Assembly: GCA_039679545.1 (NCBI GenBank)
Contig: JBDKUT010000130.1
Location: forward strand, 1 to 37,589
Length of the DNA: 37,589 nt
From: Thermotogota bacterium
GTDB taxonomy: Bacteria; Bipolaricaulota; Bipolaricaulia; UBA7950; UBA9294
Direction: 5' to 3'
The translations under genes were made by a program, and so were the position numbers. Positions 1-9,100 of this stretch are shown here, one piece after another. The notes under the pieces were generated by a model, which was given only the letters and a program-made list of their open reading frames with translations, did not search any database and was not told where the DNA came from. Numbering within the stretch: the stretch's first letter is position 1; the number at the start of each line of letters is the position of its first letter.

Positions 1-238
1 GCAAGCGCGGGAACCACGAGGTGAGGAAGTGCCTGTTCGAGGCGACGTTGTCAGCCGTGCGCTACACCCCAAGCATCCAAGCCATCTACCGCCGACTGAA
101 GGACGAAGGCAAGCCGGACAAGGTTGCGCGGATCGCTGCAGCCAGGAAGCTTCTACTGCTGGCGCATGCCATCTACGAAAGTGGCGAGCCGTTCAGGGCT
201 CCGGCCGAGGCGGTGACTTGACATTCGATACAGCATCT
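1..238 (+). mobile_element. Right-hand part of an IS110-family insertion sequence (truncated by window edge)
   Basis: The transposase C-terminus ends at 221. It is followed by a short right end TTGACATTCGATACAGCATCT with a -35 hexamer (218-223) and terminal CT (237-238), as described for IS110/IS621-type ends. The end position is inferred. Confidence 0.75.
3..221 (+). CDS. IS110-family transposase, C-terminal fragment
   Basis: Open frame from the window edge: KRGNHEVRKCLFEATLSAVRYTPSIQAIYRRLKDEGKPDKVARIAAARKLL. This matches the IS110 C-terminal pattern SKRGN..LR..L..A......Y.RL...GK..KVA..A.ARKL. Confidence 0.88.
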   Translation, partial: KRGNHEVRKCLFEATLSAVRYTPSIQAIYRRLKDEGKPDKVARIAAARKLLLLAHAIYESGEPFRAPAEAVT

Positions 239-484
239 GACCCCGGCGCCCCTGACGAATCGAGTCGGCGGCAATCTCGGACACGCGAACTGAAGATGCG
301 CCCCGGTGCCACGAGCGCGGCTTGCTTGCGGGCTTACGCAGTCGTAGGATGTTGCCCCGAAGCATTGATGTGCAGTTCTAGCGTCATGGAAGAGGTGAGT
401 GGATTTCATGCGCTCCCAAACCAAACGGCGCATCCTAGACTCAGTTGGCGTGTTCAGGATCAGTAATGACTCTGGCGGTGCACG

Positions 485-1351
485 ATGGCATTAGTTCCCC
501 CCGCTTTCATCAATAGCGTTGTGGCTATCGGAACAAGACAAGACGACGGGGCAATTGCCTGGCTCGCGTCGGGCTTCATCTACGGCCATCACCTCTTCGC
601 CGTCAACGAGAAGGAGGGAAGGTATAGGACCTACTTGATCAGCAATCGGCACGTGTTTGAGAACGCCACGAACCTCGTTCTCAGGTTCAACCCAACAGAC
701 GACGGCCCAGCCCGCGAGTTCGCGATGACGTTCAGTGGTGCTGGTGCTGTACAGAGGGTCTTCCATCCGGACGCGACCATCGACCTGGCTGCGGTTCCTA
801 TTAACGTGAACGTCCTGGAGAAGAGCGGTATCAGATTCGACTACTTTCTAGGTGACCTGCACCTCGCCACAAGAGAAGTGGCGAGCTCAGCGGGCTTGTA
901 CGAGGGCGACTTCTGCTTCTTGCTGGGTTTCCCCTTCGGCCTGATCGGTGGCGAGCGCAACTACGTCATAACTCGACACGGGACCATCGCCAGGTTGTCC
1001 GACTTCCTCGACGGCCGCAGCAAGGAGATCATTGTCGATTGCATGAATTTCCCAGGGAATAGCGGCGGCCCGGTGGTCACCAAACCAGAGCTGGTGGCCA
1101 TCCAGGGGACCAAGAGCCAGCAGCAGTCGTACCTCCTCGGGATCGTCAGCGAGTACATCGCCTACAGAGATGTGGCGGTGAGCCGGCAAACCCAGCGCGT
1201 GCGCGTCGTGTTTGAAGAGAATTCTGGATTGGCGAGGGTCGTGCCAGCGCACTTCCTCAGAGAGTGGATGGACGGGCTACCTCAGAACAAGATCACGGAT
1301 GCCGACTGGCTCGATGCTGGACTTCCGGTGCCCGGAGGAGTCGACGGATGA
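485..1351 (+). CDS. Trypsin-like (S1) serine protease
   Basis: Catalytic triad motifs SNRHV (His), IDLAAV (Asp) and FPGNSGGPV (Ser). No signal peptide or PDZ domain. Confidence 0.88.
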   Translation: MALVPPAFINSVVAIGTRQDDGAIAWLASGFIYGHHLFAVNEKEGRYRTYLISNRHVFENATNLVLRFNPTDDGPAREFAMTFSGAGAVQRVFHPDATIDLAAVPINVNVLEKSGIRFDYFLGDLHLATREVASSAGLYEGDFCFLLGFPFGLIGGERNYVITRHGTIARLSDFLDGRSKEIIVDCMNFPGNSGGPVVTKPELVAIQGTKSQQQSYLLGIVSEYIAYRDVAVSRQTQRVRVVFEENSGLARVVPAHFLREWMDGLPQNKITDADWLDAGLPVPGGVDG

Positions 1352-1584
1352 CCAACCTCCCCCGTAGATGCGGGACTGAACCTCGCTCAGGGGGCGAGAT
1401 TGTCGGGCCCCGTGGGGGAGCGTGCTCAGTCAGAGCCAAGTCGAGGAGAGACGAAGCAACAAAGACGATCTAGTAAGCCCGTTCGTTCTGGCAGTCTGGT
1501 GAGGTCATCTGATCCGCTGACGGCTAGGCAGCATTGCGAGCACCGACGCGAGCTGCTTGGTTGCCAGCTGTAGGAGTGAGGTGC

Positions 1585-2340
1585 ATGGAGCTGACGGTCG
1601 TACTTGGTCTTGTGTTTCCCGCTGTCATCGGAGTGCTTGCCGCTATCTGGAAGGCGGTCATCGACTGGCGCAACGAGCAGCGCGCAAGGAACCAGCTTCT
1701 CGAGGCAGAGAGATACGCGTTCAAACCGATTCCAGAAGTTGCCTTCAAGACGACAGTCAAGATGGGTGCTGCACAAGAGAAGCTTGAGCAGCGCACGAGA
1801 GAAATCGCCGACTTGCTCGACAAGGCCCAAGCAACACTCACAGCCGGCGGCCTCCTCGATCTATACAACAAGCAGATAGAGAAATACCAGACAGAGACGC
1901 AGGCGCGTGCGGGTTGGTCGTTCATCTTCGCCATCCTAGCGATGTCGGCAGGACTCGGGTTCGTCATCTGGGGGGGCAGTATCCTGTTCTCAGGCGCCGG
2001 CTGGAAGGAGGTGGCGGCAGGTTCTTCGATCTCCGCAATCGGGGGTGCGGTGAGCGCGTACATCACAAAGACATTCCTCGACGTGCACAGGCTATCACTC
2101 GGGCAGCTCAACCGGTACTTCCGACAGCCGGTCCTTAACGCTCACATCCTTACGGCGCAACGACTTGCTGATCTCCTTGATGAACCTGATGCAAAGCGGA
2201 TGGCGTACTCAAAGATCATTGACAGCGTCATCAGCCTTGTGCGCGAGGGCCCTGAGGAGACGCCGATACCGGATAGCACGGAGACGGCGAGAGGTCACGC
2301 GGCTACGGCCGGGGAGGAGGAGAATGCGACCGAGACCTAG
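1585..2340 (+). CDS. Membrane protein resembling the TRADD-N-associated 2TM domain family
   Basis: ATG 1585 follows an AGGAG/GAGGTG SD. N-terminal TM and a helical stretch precede Y..Q.QARAGWSFIFA-TM-TM-...QLNRYF. The family was recognised by eye only. Confidence 0.6.
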   Translation: MELTVVLGLVFPAVIGVLAAIWKAVIDWRNEQRARNQLLEAERYAFKPIPEVAFKTTVKMGAAQEKLEQRTREIADLLDKAQATLTAGGLLDLYNKQIEKYQTETQARAGWSFIFAILAMSAGLGFVIWGGSILFSGAGWKEVAAGSSISAIGGAVSAYITKTFLDVHRLSLGQLNRYFRQPVLNAHILTAQRLADLLDEPDAKRMAYSKIIDSVISLVREGPEETPIPDSTETARGHAATAGEEENATET

Positions 2341-2436
2341 GAACGTGGCGTCGGTCCCAGGGTCTCCAACCAGCAGGCCGGTGCTCGTACGGAAGTCCAC
2401 TTGCGCACAGCTCTGCCTTTGCGGGAAGCGCACACG

Positions 2437-3402
2437 GTGAGCGAGACAGCGAACCCGCATCGCACCAGCATGCCCAGTCTCCTGCTGCGGCGCATGTGTG
2501 AGTCTGGCAGCGACTCTCGTGCCATGTACGACCTCCTGATGGAAGCGCGCTCGCGCACAAACGACTGGCGCTACTGGCATGTTGGCGAGTTGGCGTTCTC
2601 GTTCTTCATGATCGATTGCCACCTGGATCCACGGAAGCATGTTCGGCTCTGGCACGACGGCGACAGGCTTGTTGGCTACGCGACGCTGAACGATGACCCG
2701 TTCTTCGATTGGCAGGTGCTTCCAGAGTACGAGGGAAGAGGAATCGAGTCCGAGGCGCTGGCGTGGGCCGATGATCTGGTGGCCGAGCTGCGTGCTGAAG
2801 ACGCGGAGCGCTGGAAGGGGCCGATGGTTGTCGGGACACGCATCGACAACGCCGAGCGGATCGCGTTCCTCGAGCAGCACGGGTTCCAGCGCCGCGAGTA
2901 CGTCGAGGTCAACATGCTCCGCTCGCTTTGCGATCCAATCGGCGAGCAGGCGTTGCCTCCCGGCTACGAGATCCGCTCCGTGTCTCTGAACGCAGACGAG
3001 GTGCGGAGACGGGCTGAAGCCCAGCGCGAGGTGTGGCATCCGTGGACGGTGGGCGACGTGACGGACGAGCAGTACGCACGCTTCATGCGCATGCCGGGCT
3101 ACGAGCGCGACCTTGACGTGGTCGCCGTCGCGCCGGATGGCGCGATCGCCGCGTACGTGAACGGCTGGCTCGACCCGGTCAACAAGATTGGCGACTTCGG
3201 CCCGGTCGGAGCCCGCGAGGCGTACCGGCGACAGGGTCTGACGCGTGCCGTGCTGCTCGAGTGCATGCGCCGGATGAAGACGCGCGGGATGGATCGCGTC
3301 TGCGTCTCGACCGGCGAGGGCAACGTTGCGGCCCGCGGCCTCTACGAGTCCGTCGGCTTCCGAATCGTGAACCGCTACGTCGAGTACAAGCGGGCTGAGT
3401 GA
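2437..3402 (+). CDS. Tandem GNAT-family N-acetyltransferase
   Basis: Two acetyl-CoA motif-A loops (PEYEGRGIE; EAYRRQGLTRA) and N..A..LYESVGF. Start uncertain (GTG 2437 or ATG 2470). Confidence 0.88.
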   Translation: MSETANPHRTSMPSLLLRRMCESGSDSRAMYDLLMEARSRTNDWRYWHVGELAFSFFMIDCHLDPRKHVRLWHDGDRLVGYATLNDDPFFDWQVLPEYEGRGIESEALAWADDLVAELRAEDAERWKGPMVVGTRIDNAERIAFLEQHGFQRREYVEVNMLRSLCDPIGEQALPPGYEIRSVSLNADEVRRRAEAQREVWHPWTVGDVTDEQYARFMRMPGYERDLDVVAVAPDGAIAAYVNGWLDPVNKIGDFGPVGAREAYRRQGLTRAVLLECMRRMKTRGMDRVCVSTGEGNVAARGLYESVGFRIVNRYVEYKRAE

Positions 3403-3413
3403 CGCGTCCGCCG

Positions 3414-3454
3414 GAACTCAACGAACTCAATGAACCCAACGAACTCGTCGACCC
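3414..3454 (+). repeat. Degenerate 9-nt tandem repeat GAAC(T/C)CAAC, about 4.5 units
   Basis: gaactcaac gaactcaat gaacccaac gaactcgtc gaccc, just after the GNAT stop. Confidence 0.8.
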
Positions 3455-3523
3455 GTGCTCGGAGAGACACCCAACCCCGGACCGCGAACCGCGCACTCGT
3501 AGGTCCGCTTGTTGTCGTCGAAC

Positions 3524-3859
3524 CTACGGCTTGCGCGCGACGAACTTGACGTCCGCCATGCGCACTTCGACGAGCGAGATCGGGAGCGTGGTTTCCTTTC
3601 CGTGGTTCTTCCACACGATCTCGGCGGCGCCCGACTTGATCGTCGCCATCGCCTCCGCCTTGTCCGGCGTGAACGTCCCGCGGATGTCGGAAGGCCGGAA
3701 CTTGGTCGAAGACGACACGGGCGCGAAGCCCGCGGACGCCGGAACCTCGACGTAGAGCGTTCCGCACATCAAGGCTTTGCCGGCGAGTTTCTTCTTCCCA
3801 ACGATCAATGTTGCAGGCCCCATGAAGTTGACCGGCTGCCCCGCGAATATCGATGTCAT
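3524..3859 (-). CDS. Hypothetical small protein (111 aa), probably leaderless
   Basis: Lys-rich globular composition with GC3-biased codons. TAGAAT lies 6 nt upstream of the ATG. Fills the gap between two plus-strand genes. Confidence 0.65.
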   Translation of the reverse strand: MTSIFAGQPVNFMGPATLIVGKKKLAGKALMCGTLYVEVPASAGFAPVSSSTKFRPSDIRGTFTPDKAEAMATIKSGAAEIVWKNHGKETTLPISLVEVRMADVKFVARKP

Positions 3860-3985
3860 GGCCCCATTCTAGCAGCGCTGGAGACAACGGCCAAAGCGGA
3901 CTCGAGGCGGCGCGCTCGGCAGCGCCCAGGGGGCGGGTAGGTGCGCACCCTGGCCTGTGTGCGACCTGTGGCGGACAATCCGCGC

Positions 3986-5047
3986 ATGACGAGGCACCAG
4001 AACGATCAGGTTGGCGGTTCCTCAGGACTGACGTTCCGGCCGTTCCGCGAAGATGCCGACTACGCCCGCATGCAGAGGATCGTGCTCGAGAGCGCGCGAG
4101 CGGACCACGACGACTGGGGTCCGACTCTCGACGAGATCAGAACGTGGTGTGCTCCGACGGCGCGGTTCGATCCGACGAAACAGCTTGTGTTTGCGTCGGC
4201 GATGGACGAGAACGGCGCTCCCATCGACGTAGGTGTCAGCCGCGTGAGCTGGTACACGGCCCGCGACGAGGCGCGTGTCTATCCTCAGGCAAGCTTCCTC
4301 CTTCCCGGATGGCGGAAGCCCGGCGTCTGGCCGGCGCTGGTTCGAGAGGGCGACCGGCGCGTCCGAGCGATGGCGGCCGGCCATCCCCCACTTCGTGAAC
4401 GCCACTTCCAGGGTTGGGCGACCGAAAGCCAAGTGGAGTGGATCGCTGCACTCAAGGCCGAGGGCTACCGGGCGGTGCGGCACTTCCGAAACATGGTGCG
4501 TCCGCTGGAGAGCGTTCCGGAAGCCGAAGGCGCGACGTTGCCGCCAGGCCTCAAGGTTCGGCCTGCGGAAGCCGAGCACATGCGCGCGATCTGGGAAGCC
4601 CAGAAGGAGGTCAACCAGGAGCTGTTCGAGTACGTGGCCGAGCAGTGGGCGGAGGAGCAGTATCCGGACTGGTTGGCCGATGCGTCGCACACGCCGCAGC
4701 TCTGGCAAGTGGCGTGGGACGGGGATCAACTGGCCGGCATGGTCCTGCCCCGCATTGATGAAGAAGTGAATCGGGGGCGAACTCGGAAGAGGGGCTACAC
4801 GGAGCACGTCTTTGTGCGCCGGCCGTGGCGCAAGCGGGGACTGGCGAAGGCCTTGCTCTGCCGCAGCCTGCGGGTCCTCAGGCAACAGGGCATGGACGAA
4901 GCGGAACTCGGCGTCGATTCGGAGAACGACAGCGGGGCCTACGGCTTCTACGAGCGGATGGGCTACGTGACCGAGACGACCGACATCTGGTTCCGCAAGC
5001 CGCTCGACGCGAACCCCCGCGAGCCGGGTCACTGCCTGCGCGCATAA
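3986..5047 (+). CDS. Tandem GNAT-family N-acetyltransferase
   Basis: PGWRKPGV and VRRPWRKRGLAKAL motif-A loops; LGVDSENDSGAYGFYERMGY C-terminus. Confidence 0.9.
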   Translation: MTRHQNDQVGGSSGLTFRPFREDADYARMQRIVLESARADHDDWGPTLDEIRTWCAPTARFDPTKQLVFASAMDENGAPIDVGVSRVSWYTARDEARVYPQASFLLPGWRKPGVWPALVREGDRRVRAMAAGHPPLRERHFQGWATESQVEWIAALKAEGYRAVRHFRNMVRPLESVPEAEGATLPPGLKVRPAEAEHMRAIWEAQKEVNQELFEYVAEQWAEEQYPDWLADASHTPQLWQVAWDGDQLAGMVLPRIDEEVNRGRTRKRGYTEHVFVRRPWRKRGLAKALLCRSLRVLRQQGMDEAELGVDSENDSGAYGFYERMGYVTETTDIWFRKPLDANPREPGHCLRA

Positions 5048-5109
5048 CTTGGCAGACCACGTAGTAGTCCTCGCTGTCCGAATCTGCGGGGAGGGGGAGG
5101 CAGGTTCCG

Positions 5110-5613
5110 TTGCAGTTCACGTTGCGCGAGTACCAGGCAGGCGACGCGGCCGCCGTGCTGCGGCTGAACGCCGAGTCGGTGACCGTCCTGAGCCCGATGG
5201 ACGCTGACAGGCTGCGGCTTCTCTCCGGGATGTGCAGCCTCAACCTCGTGGCCGTCGGGCCGGACGGCGTCATCGGTTTCGTGATGGGATTCGCGGATGG
5301 GGCTGCGTACGACAGCGTCAACTACCGCTGGTTCGCCACCCGCTACGAGCGCTTCTTGTACCTCGACCGGATGGTTGTCGCGCCTTCCTTCCGCGGGTGC
5401 GGGGTGGGCGGCGCGTTCCACGCCGCCGCTCTGGAGTACGCCATCGCGTCCGGCCTCGACTGGCTGGTCGGCGAGATCGACGTCGATCCACCGAACCCTG
5501 TGTCGCTCGCGTACCACGAGCGCCTTGGGTTCGTCGAGGTCGGCCGGCAGACTCTCGCCTCGGGCAAGGTCGTGTCCATGCGGGCTCGACGCGTGGGCCA
5601 GCCGCGAGGCTAG
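5110..5613 (+). CDS. GNAT-family acetyltransferase (COG3818-like)
   Basis: YDSVNYRWF...FLYLDRMVV...RGCGVG...PPNPVSLAYHERLGF. TTG start after GGAGG. Confidence 0.88.
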   Translation: MQFTLREYQAGDAAAVLRLNAESVTVLSPMDADRLRLLSGMCSLNLVAVGPDGVIGFVMGFADGAAYDSVNYRWFATRYERFLYLDRMVVAPSFRGCGVGGAFHAAALEYAIASGLDWLVGEIDVDPPNPVSLAYHERLGFVEVGRQTLASGKVVSMRARRVGQPRG

Positions 5614-5673
5614 GCGCGTGGTCGGCTGCACTGCGCTCCGCGAACTGCGGTCCAGTCCGCCGCTCAGCCGTTG

Positions 5674-5706
5674 CCCAACGAACTCGACGAACCCAACGAC
5701 CTCAAA
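5674..5706 (+). repeat. Second copy of the 9-nt GAAC(T/C)C(A/G)AC tandem repeat
   Basis: cccaac gaactcgac gaacccaac gacctcaaa, downstream of the GNAT at 5110-5613. Confidence 0.7.
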
Positions 5707-5848
5707 CCCGGACACGAGCCAGAGCTGCTGCCTCCAGTCGAAGCCTTCTAGCGTAGTAGACACTTGGCAACTCCCTAGCTGCTGAGCAGCAAAGACCGCT
5801 CAGCAGCCACGGACAGCGGATAGCAGTACGATTGGCGTGGAGGGTGTC

Positions 5849-6211
5849 ATGCGGAAATACGGGATCGAGTTCGAGATCTACCAGGGAAAGGGCGGACGGC
5901 CTCGCGCCGATGGAACGCACCCGGACCTCGTCAAGGAAGGGATCTGCGCCTGGATGTACAACGAGTACGAGGTCGGGCAGAAGTTTCGTTACCCCGAGGA
6001 CCTTGGCCTCCTCTGCCCATGGCTGATCGACAGCTTGACGGGCTTCGTTCGCGCACTCGAGAACGGCGCAACGCTCCCTTGGACGAACCGCGGAACGCCG
6101 TACGAGAAGGAGATCGATCCGGACGGTGTGACGACCGAATTCATCCGCTGTCCCGACCCAACGGCGTCGGGCATCGTCGTCAAAATCACGCGGACGGCTC
6201 TGCCGGAGTAG
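5849..6211 (+). CDS. TIGR04076-like small Cys-containing protein
   Basis: Pattern C...YEVGQKF...LCPW...L..G...PW...CPDP...IVVKITR; GGAGGG SD. Confidence 0.75.
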   Translation: MRKYGIEFEIYQGKGGRPRADGTHPDLVKEGICAWMYNEYEVGQKFRYPEDLGLLCPWLIDSLTGFVRALENGATLPWTNRGTPYEKEIDPDGVTTEFIRCPDPTASGIVVKITRTALPE

Positions 6212-6267
6212 GTTGGGTGGATCCAACGCGGGGAGCTGGTCGCGGCAGTTCCGGCGAGGAGGCCGTC

Positions 6268-6780
6268 ATGGCCGCCGAGTTCACCGCGCTCGGGGACGAG
6301 AGGCCCGGCACGATCGCGGGCCTTCTGCGCGCGAGCTACACGGATCTGCTCAAGCTCGATCCGCGCTGGGGGGACGAAGCGACGAACTGGGGCGAGTACG
6401 ATCGCGATGTGTTCGCGAACCCCGGCACCGTCGGCGCTTGCCTCTTCCTCACTCGCCTGGGCGGACGCGTCGTCGGGTTCGCTTCGTGGGATCCTCGGCA
6501 GCGCCCTTCGTACGGGATCGTCGGGCACAACTGCATTCTTCCTCCGTTCCGAGGACGAGGGCTGGGGCGGCGGCAGATCGAGGAAGTCCTCCGCCGGTTC
6601 GAAGCCCTGAAGATCAGGGCGGCAAGGGTCTCGACGATCGATCACTGGTTCTTCGTTCCGGCGCAGCGGATGTACGTCGCCTGCGGGTTCCGCGAGGTGC
6701 GGCGGGTCGCTTGGGATCGAGACCCGAGCCTGACGGTTATCGAGTACGAGAAGGACATCGGCCTGCCGGCAGACCCGTGA
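6268..6780 (+). CDS. GNAT-family N-acetyltransferase
   Basis: ILPPFRGRGLGRR motif A; PAQRMYVACGF; AGGAGG SD before ATG 6268. Confidence 0.88.
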   Translation: MAAEFTALGDERPGTIAGLLRASYTDLLKLDPRWGDEATNWGEYDRDVFANPGTVGACLFLTRLGGRVVGFASWDPRQRPSYGIVGHNCILPPFRGRGLGRRQIEEVLRRFEALKIRAARVSTIDHWFFVPAQRMYVACGFREVRRVAWDRDPSLTVIEYEKDIGLPADP

Positions 6781-6790
6781 CGCCGGCCGC

Positions 6791-7846
6791 CTAGCTCTCG
6801 CGGACGCGGTCGAGCCAGTCGAGTTCGGGATAGGCGCCGCCGGCGACTTCACGAAGGATCCGGGCGATGACTCGATGCCCGTTCTCGCCGTTCGTCAGGA
6901 TAGCGATCCCGCAGCCCTCGCTCGGATACGCGATCGCAAAGGCCCTGTAGCACCCGTTGTTCCCCCAATGCCAGAACGACGTCCCGGCGGGCCCGGCCCC
7001 GAGCCCCCAACCGAGTCCCCAACTCACGTGCTCGTCGATCGCGCAGCTCTCGAGAGCCGCGTCGCGATCCCAAGGGCGGTCGTTCACAGAGACCTGCCTT
7101 GTCAGCATGTCCCGAGCAATCGCCGGGTCGTTCATGACCTGGCAGAGGAACGCGGCGACGTCGCGCGCGGTTGTGTGCAGGCTGGCGGCCACCTCCACCT
7201 TGGGCCAGAGCGCCTTCCTCACGACCGTTCCGTCTGCTCGTTGTCCGAACGCAACCGGTTGGGTCTCCGTGCCCTCCCACACGAAGGCGCTGTCGAACAT
7301 GCCTGCAGGCTCGAACGCGCGTGCCGTCAGGAATGCGGCTGGCGATTGCTTGGTCAGTTGCTCGACGACGTGCTGGAGAACCATGAAGGCCTCGCCGGAG
7401 TAGAGGAACCGCTCGCCGGGCTCGAAATGAGTGGAGAGCGCTTCTCCCGTCCGCCTCCAGTTCGGGAGCCCTGTCGTGTGGCTGAGCACGCGGCGGGTCG
7501 TGATCCGGGACGACCGAGGGTCCCCGGGAACACAGGGGGAGGCGAGGTAGTCATCGAGCGGCGTGTCGAGGTCGAGCACTCCCTCGTTGCAGAGCTGGAG
7601 GGCGGTGTAGGCGAACACCGGTTTCCCGAGAGATCCCGCCTCGAGAATCGTGTTGGGGGTGACGGGGTCGCTCGCGTCGGAGCGGCGCACTCCGAAGGCG
7701 CCGTCCCACGTCGCTCGCCCGTCGCGTACGAGAGAGAGCGCCAGGCCGGGCACGGCCTCCGCCTGAAGGAGCCGCGGAACGCTCTCTTCGAGCTTTCTGC
7801 GAAAGGCCTTCTCCGCTCGGTAGCCGCGTAGCGCATCGATGATCAT
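6791..7846 (-). CDS. Serine hydrolase, beta-lactamase class C/AmpC-like family
   Basis: SxxK (SLGK), LSHTTGL, PGERFLYSG and FWHWG motifs. Confidence 0.88.
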   Translation of the reverse strand: MIIDALRGYRAEKAFRRKLEESVPRLLQAEAVPGLALSLVRDGRATWDGAFGVRRSDASDPVTPNTILEAGSLGKPVFAYTALQLCNEGVLDLDTPLDDYLASPCVPGDPRSSRITTRRVLSHTTGLPNWRRTGEALSTHFEPGERFLYSGEAFMVLQHVVEQLTKQSPAAFLTARAFEPAGMFDSAFVWEGTETQPVAFGQRADGTVVRKALWPKVEVAASLHTTARDVAAFLCQVMNDPAIARDMLTRQVSVNDRPWDRDAALESCAIDEHVSWGLGWGLGAGPAGTSFWHWGNNGCYRAFAIAYPSEGCGIAILTNGENGHRVIARILREVAGGAYPELDWLDRVRES

Positions 7847-7865
7847 CGGAGGTCCTTCGCGGGCG

Positions 7866-8807
7866 TCAGACGGCCAGTCCCCACGCGGGCTCCGGCGCCC
7901 AGGGCGGGACGGCGTACCCCTTCGGCATCCGCAGGCGCGGGTGGCTCTCGGCGAGGGAGAGCGCTTCCGACAGAGCAGCGGGGTCGTTCTGGTCGATCCC
8001 GCGGACGAGAGCGATCATCCGATCGAGGAGCGCGTCGTCACCGGCCTCCGCGCTGTCCGGCGTCCCGATTCCCCACCAGGCGTGAACCGGAAGCTCTGTG
8101 CCCGTCACGCCGACGAAGTCGGCGAACAGCTTGTTGCGGCCGTACGTCAGACCGGCGTTCGCCGGCGGGAAGCCGACTCTCTCGGGGTTGGCGATGCGGC
8201 CGGAACGAAGCGCGTCGAGCAGCCGCCAGCCGGTGAGAAAGAGACCGGGGTCGAGGTCGGTCGTGTCGAGCGAGATCCGCATGGCGCTGCGTTGCACGTC
8301 GTCAATCTGCGCGTCGGCCATCTGCCAACGGCCTTCGGCCGCGTTCCACAGCTCGGCTACGTAGTGGTCTTCGGGGCAGCTCGGGTTGAGGTAGAGGGCG
8401 ACGCCCGTGCGGACGCGTGCGGGGATGCCCTTGTGCCGTAGGATCGAGACCAGCATGAGCGCGAAGTCGCGGCAGCACCCGACGCTTCGGTGCGCCGGGG
8501 TTCGCGGCTCCGTCAGCGGCGCATCCTGGAGCTGCACGATGTCGCGCAACCGCTCCTCGGCCGTGGAGTAGCCGAACTCGGTGCACAGCCTCCGTCCGGC
8601 TGCCTTCAGTCCCCCGAGGGTGATTCCGTACGTCGCCTCCCGAATCCAGAAGAGATGGATGAGCGTGTTTTGAACCATGCGACAGAGTCGGGACACATCG
8701 TCCGGGACGGCATCGTAGAGCGGTGCGAGGGTCCCCGGATTGCTGTTCGTCGAGTGCTGACGGTAGTAGGCGAGCAGATCGTCAGTGGTCGTCATCGCGC
8801 AGTGCAT
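7866..8807 (-). CDS. Transglutaminase-like domain protein
   Basis: GCCRDFALMLVSILRHKGIPARVRTG...DHYVAE...DAQ Cys-His-Asp pattern; AGGAGG SD before ATG 8807. Confidence 0.85.
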   Translation of the reverse strand: MHCAMTTTDDLLAYYRQHSTNSNPGTLAPLYDAVPDDVSRLCRMVQNTLIHLFWIREATYGITLGGLKAAGRRLCTEFGYSTAEERLRDIVQLQDAPLTEPRTPAHRSVGCCRDFALMLVSILRHKGIPARVRTGVALYLNPSCPEDHYVAELWNAAEGRWQMADAQIDDVQRSAMRISLDTTDLDPGLFLTGWRLLDALRSGRIANPERVGFPPANAGLTYGRNKLFADFVGVTGTELPVHAWWGIGTPDSAEAGDDALLDRMIALVRGIDQNDPAALSEALSLAESHPRLRMPKGYAVPPWAPEPAWGLAV

Positions 8808-9100
8808 CGGAACCTCCTGCCTCGTGAGACTAGAGCCCGTTTTCGCCGATGCAAGGTCGCGTTTTTCACGTCGCGCAAACGTCGTCCGAGACGGCGGTAC
8901 AGCAACTCCGCCGATGAGATGTCTGACGCCGTCGGACGTAGAGGCGAGTCGCTTCTCGGCGAGCCCTTCTGGCTCAGTGGGTTCGGCGTCTGGGCGCGTC
9001 GGAGATGCCGGCCTTAGGCAGCGTTTGCCGCGGGTACCGCGTGGCTGTAGCCTTGAGGTGGCGGCGAACCGCTCGGGCGCCGACGACAAAGGAGAACGCA

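Noticed and set aside
3399..3755. ORF beginning MTRPPELNELNEPNEL
   Set aside because: It is a translation of the 9-mer repeat and is antisense to the better-supported 3524-3859 gene.
6791..7846. Calling this a true beta-lactamase
   Set aside because: It has YSG rather than YxN, HWG rather than KTG and no signal peptide, which fits a generic serine hydrolase.
8870..8935. c-di-GMP-I riboswitch (GCAAAC...hairpin...GCAA)
   Set aside because: It lacks the GNRA loop, the GACGCAAAGC segment and the P2 receptor; the resemblance is superficial.
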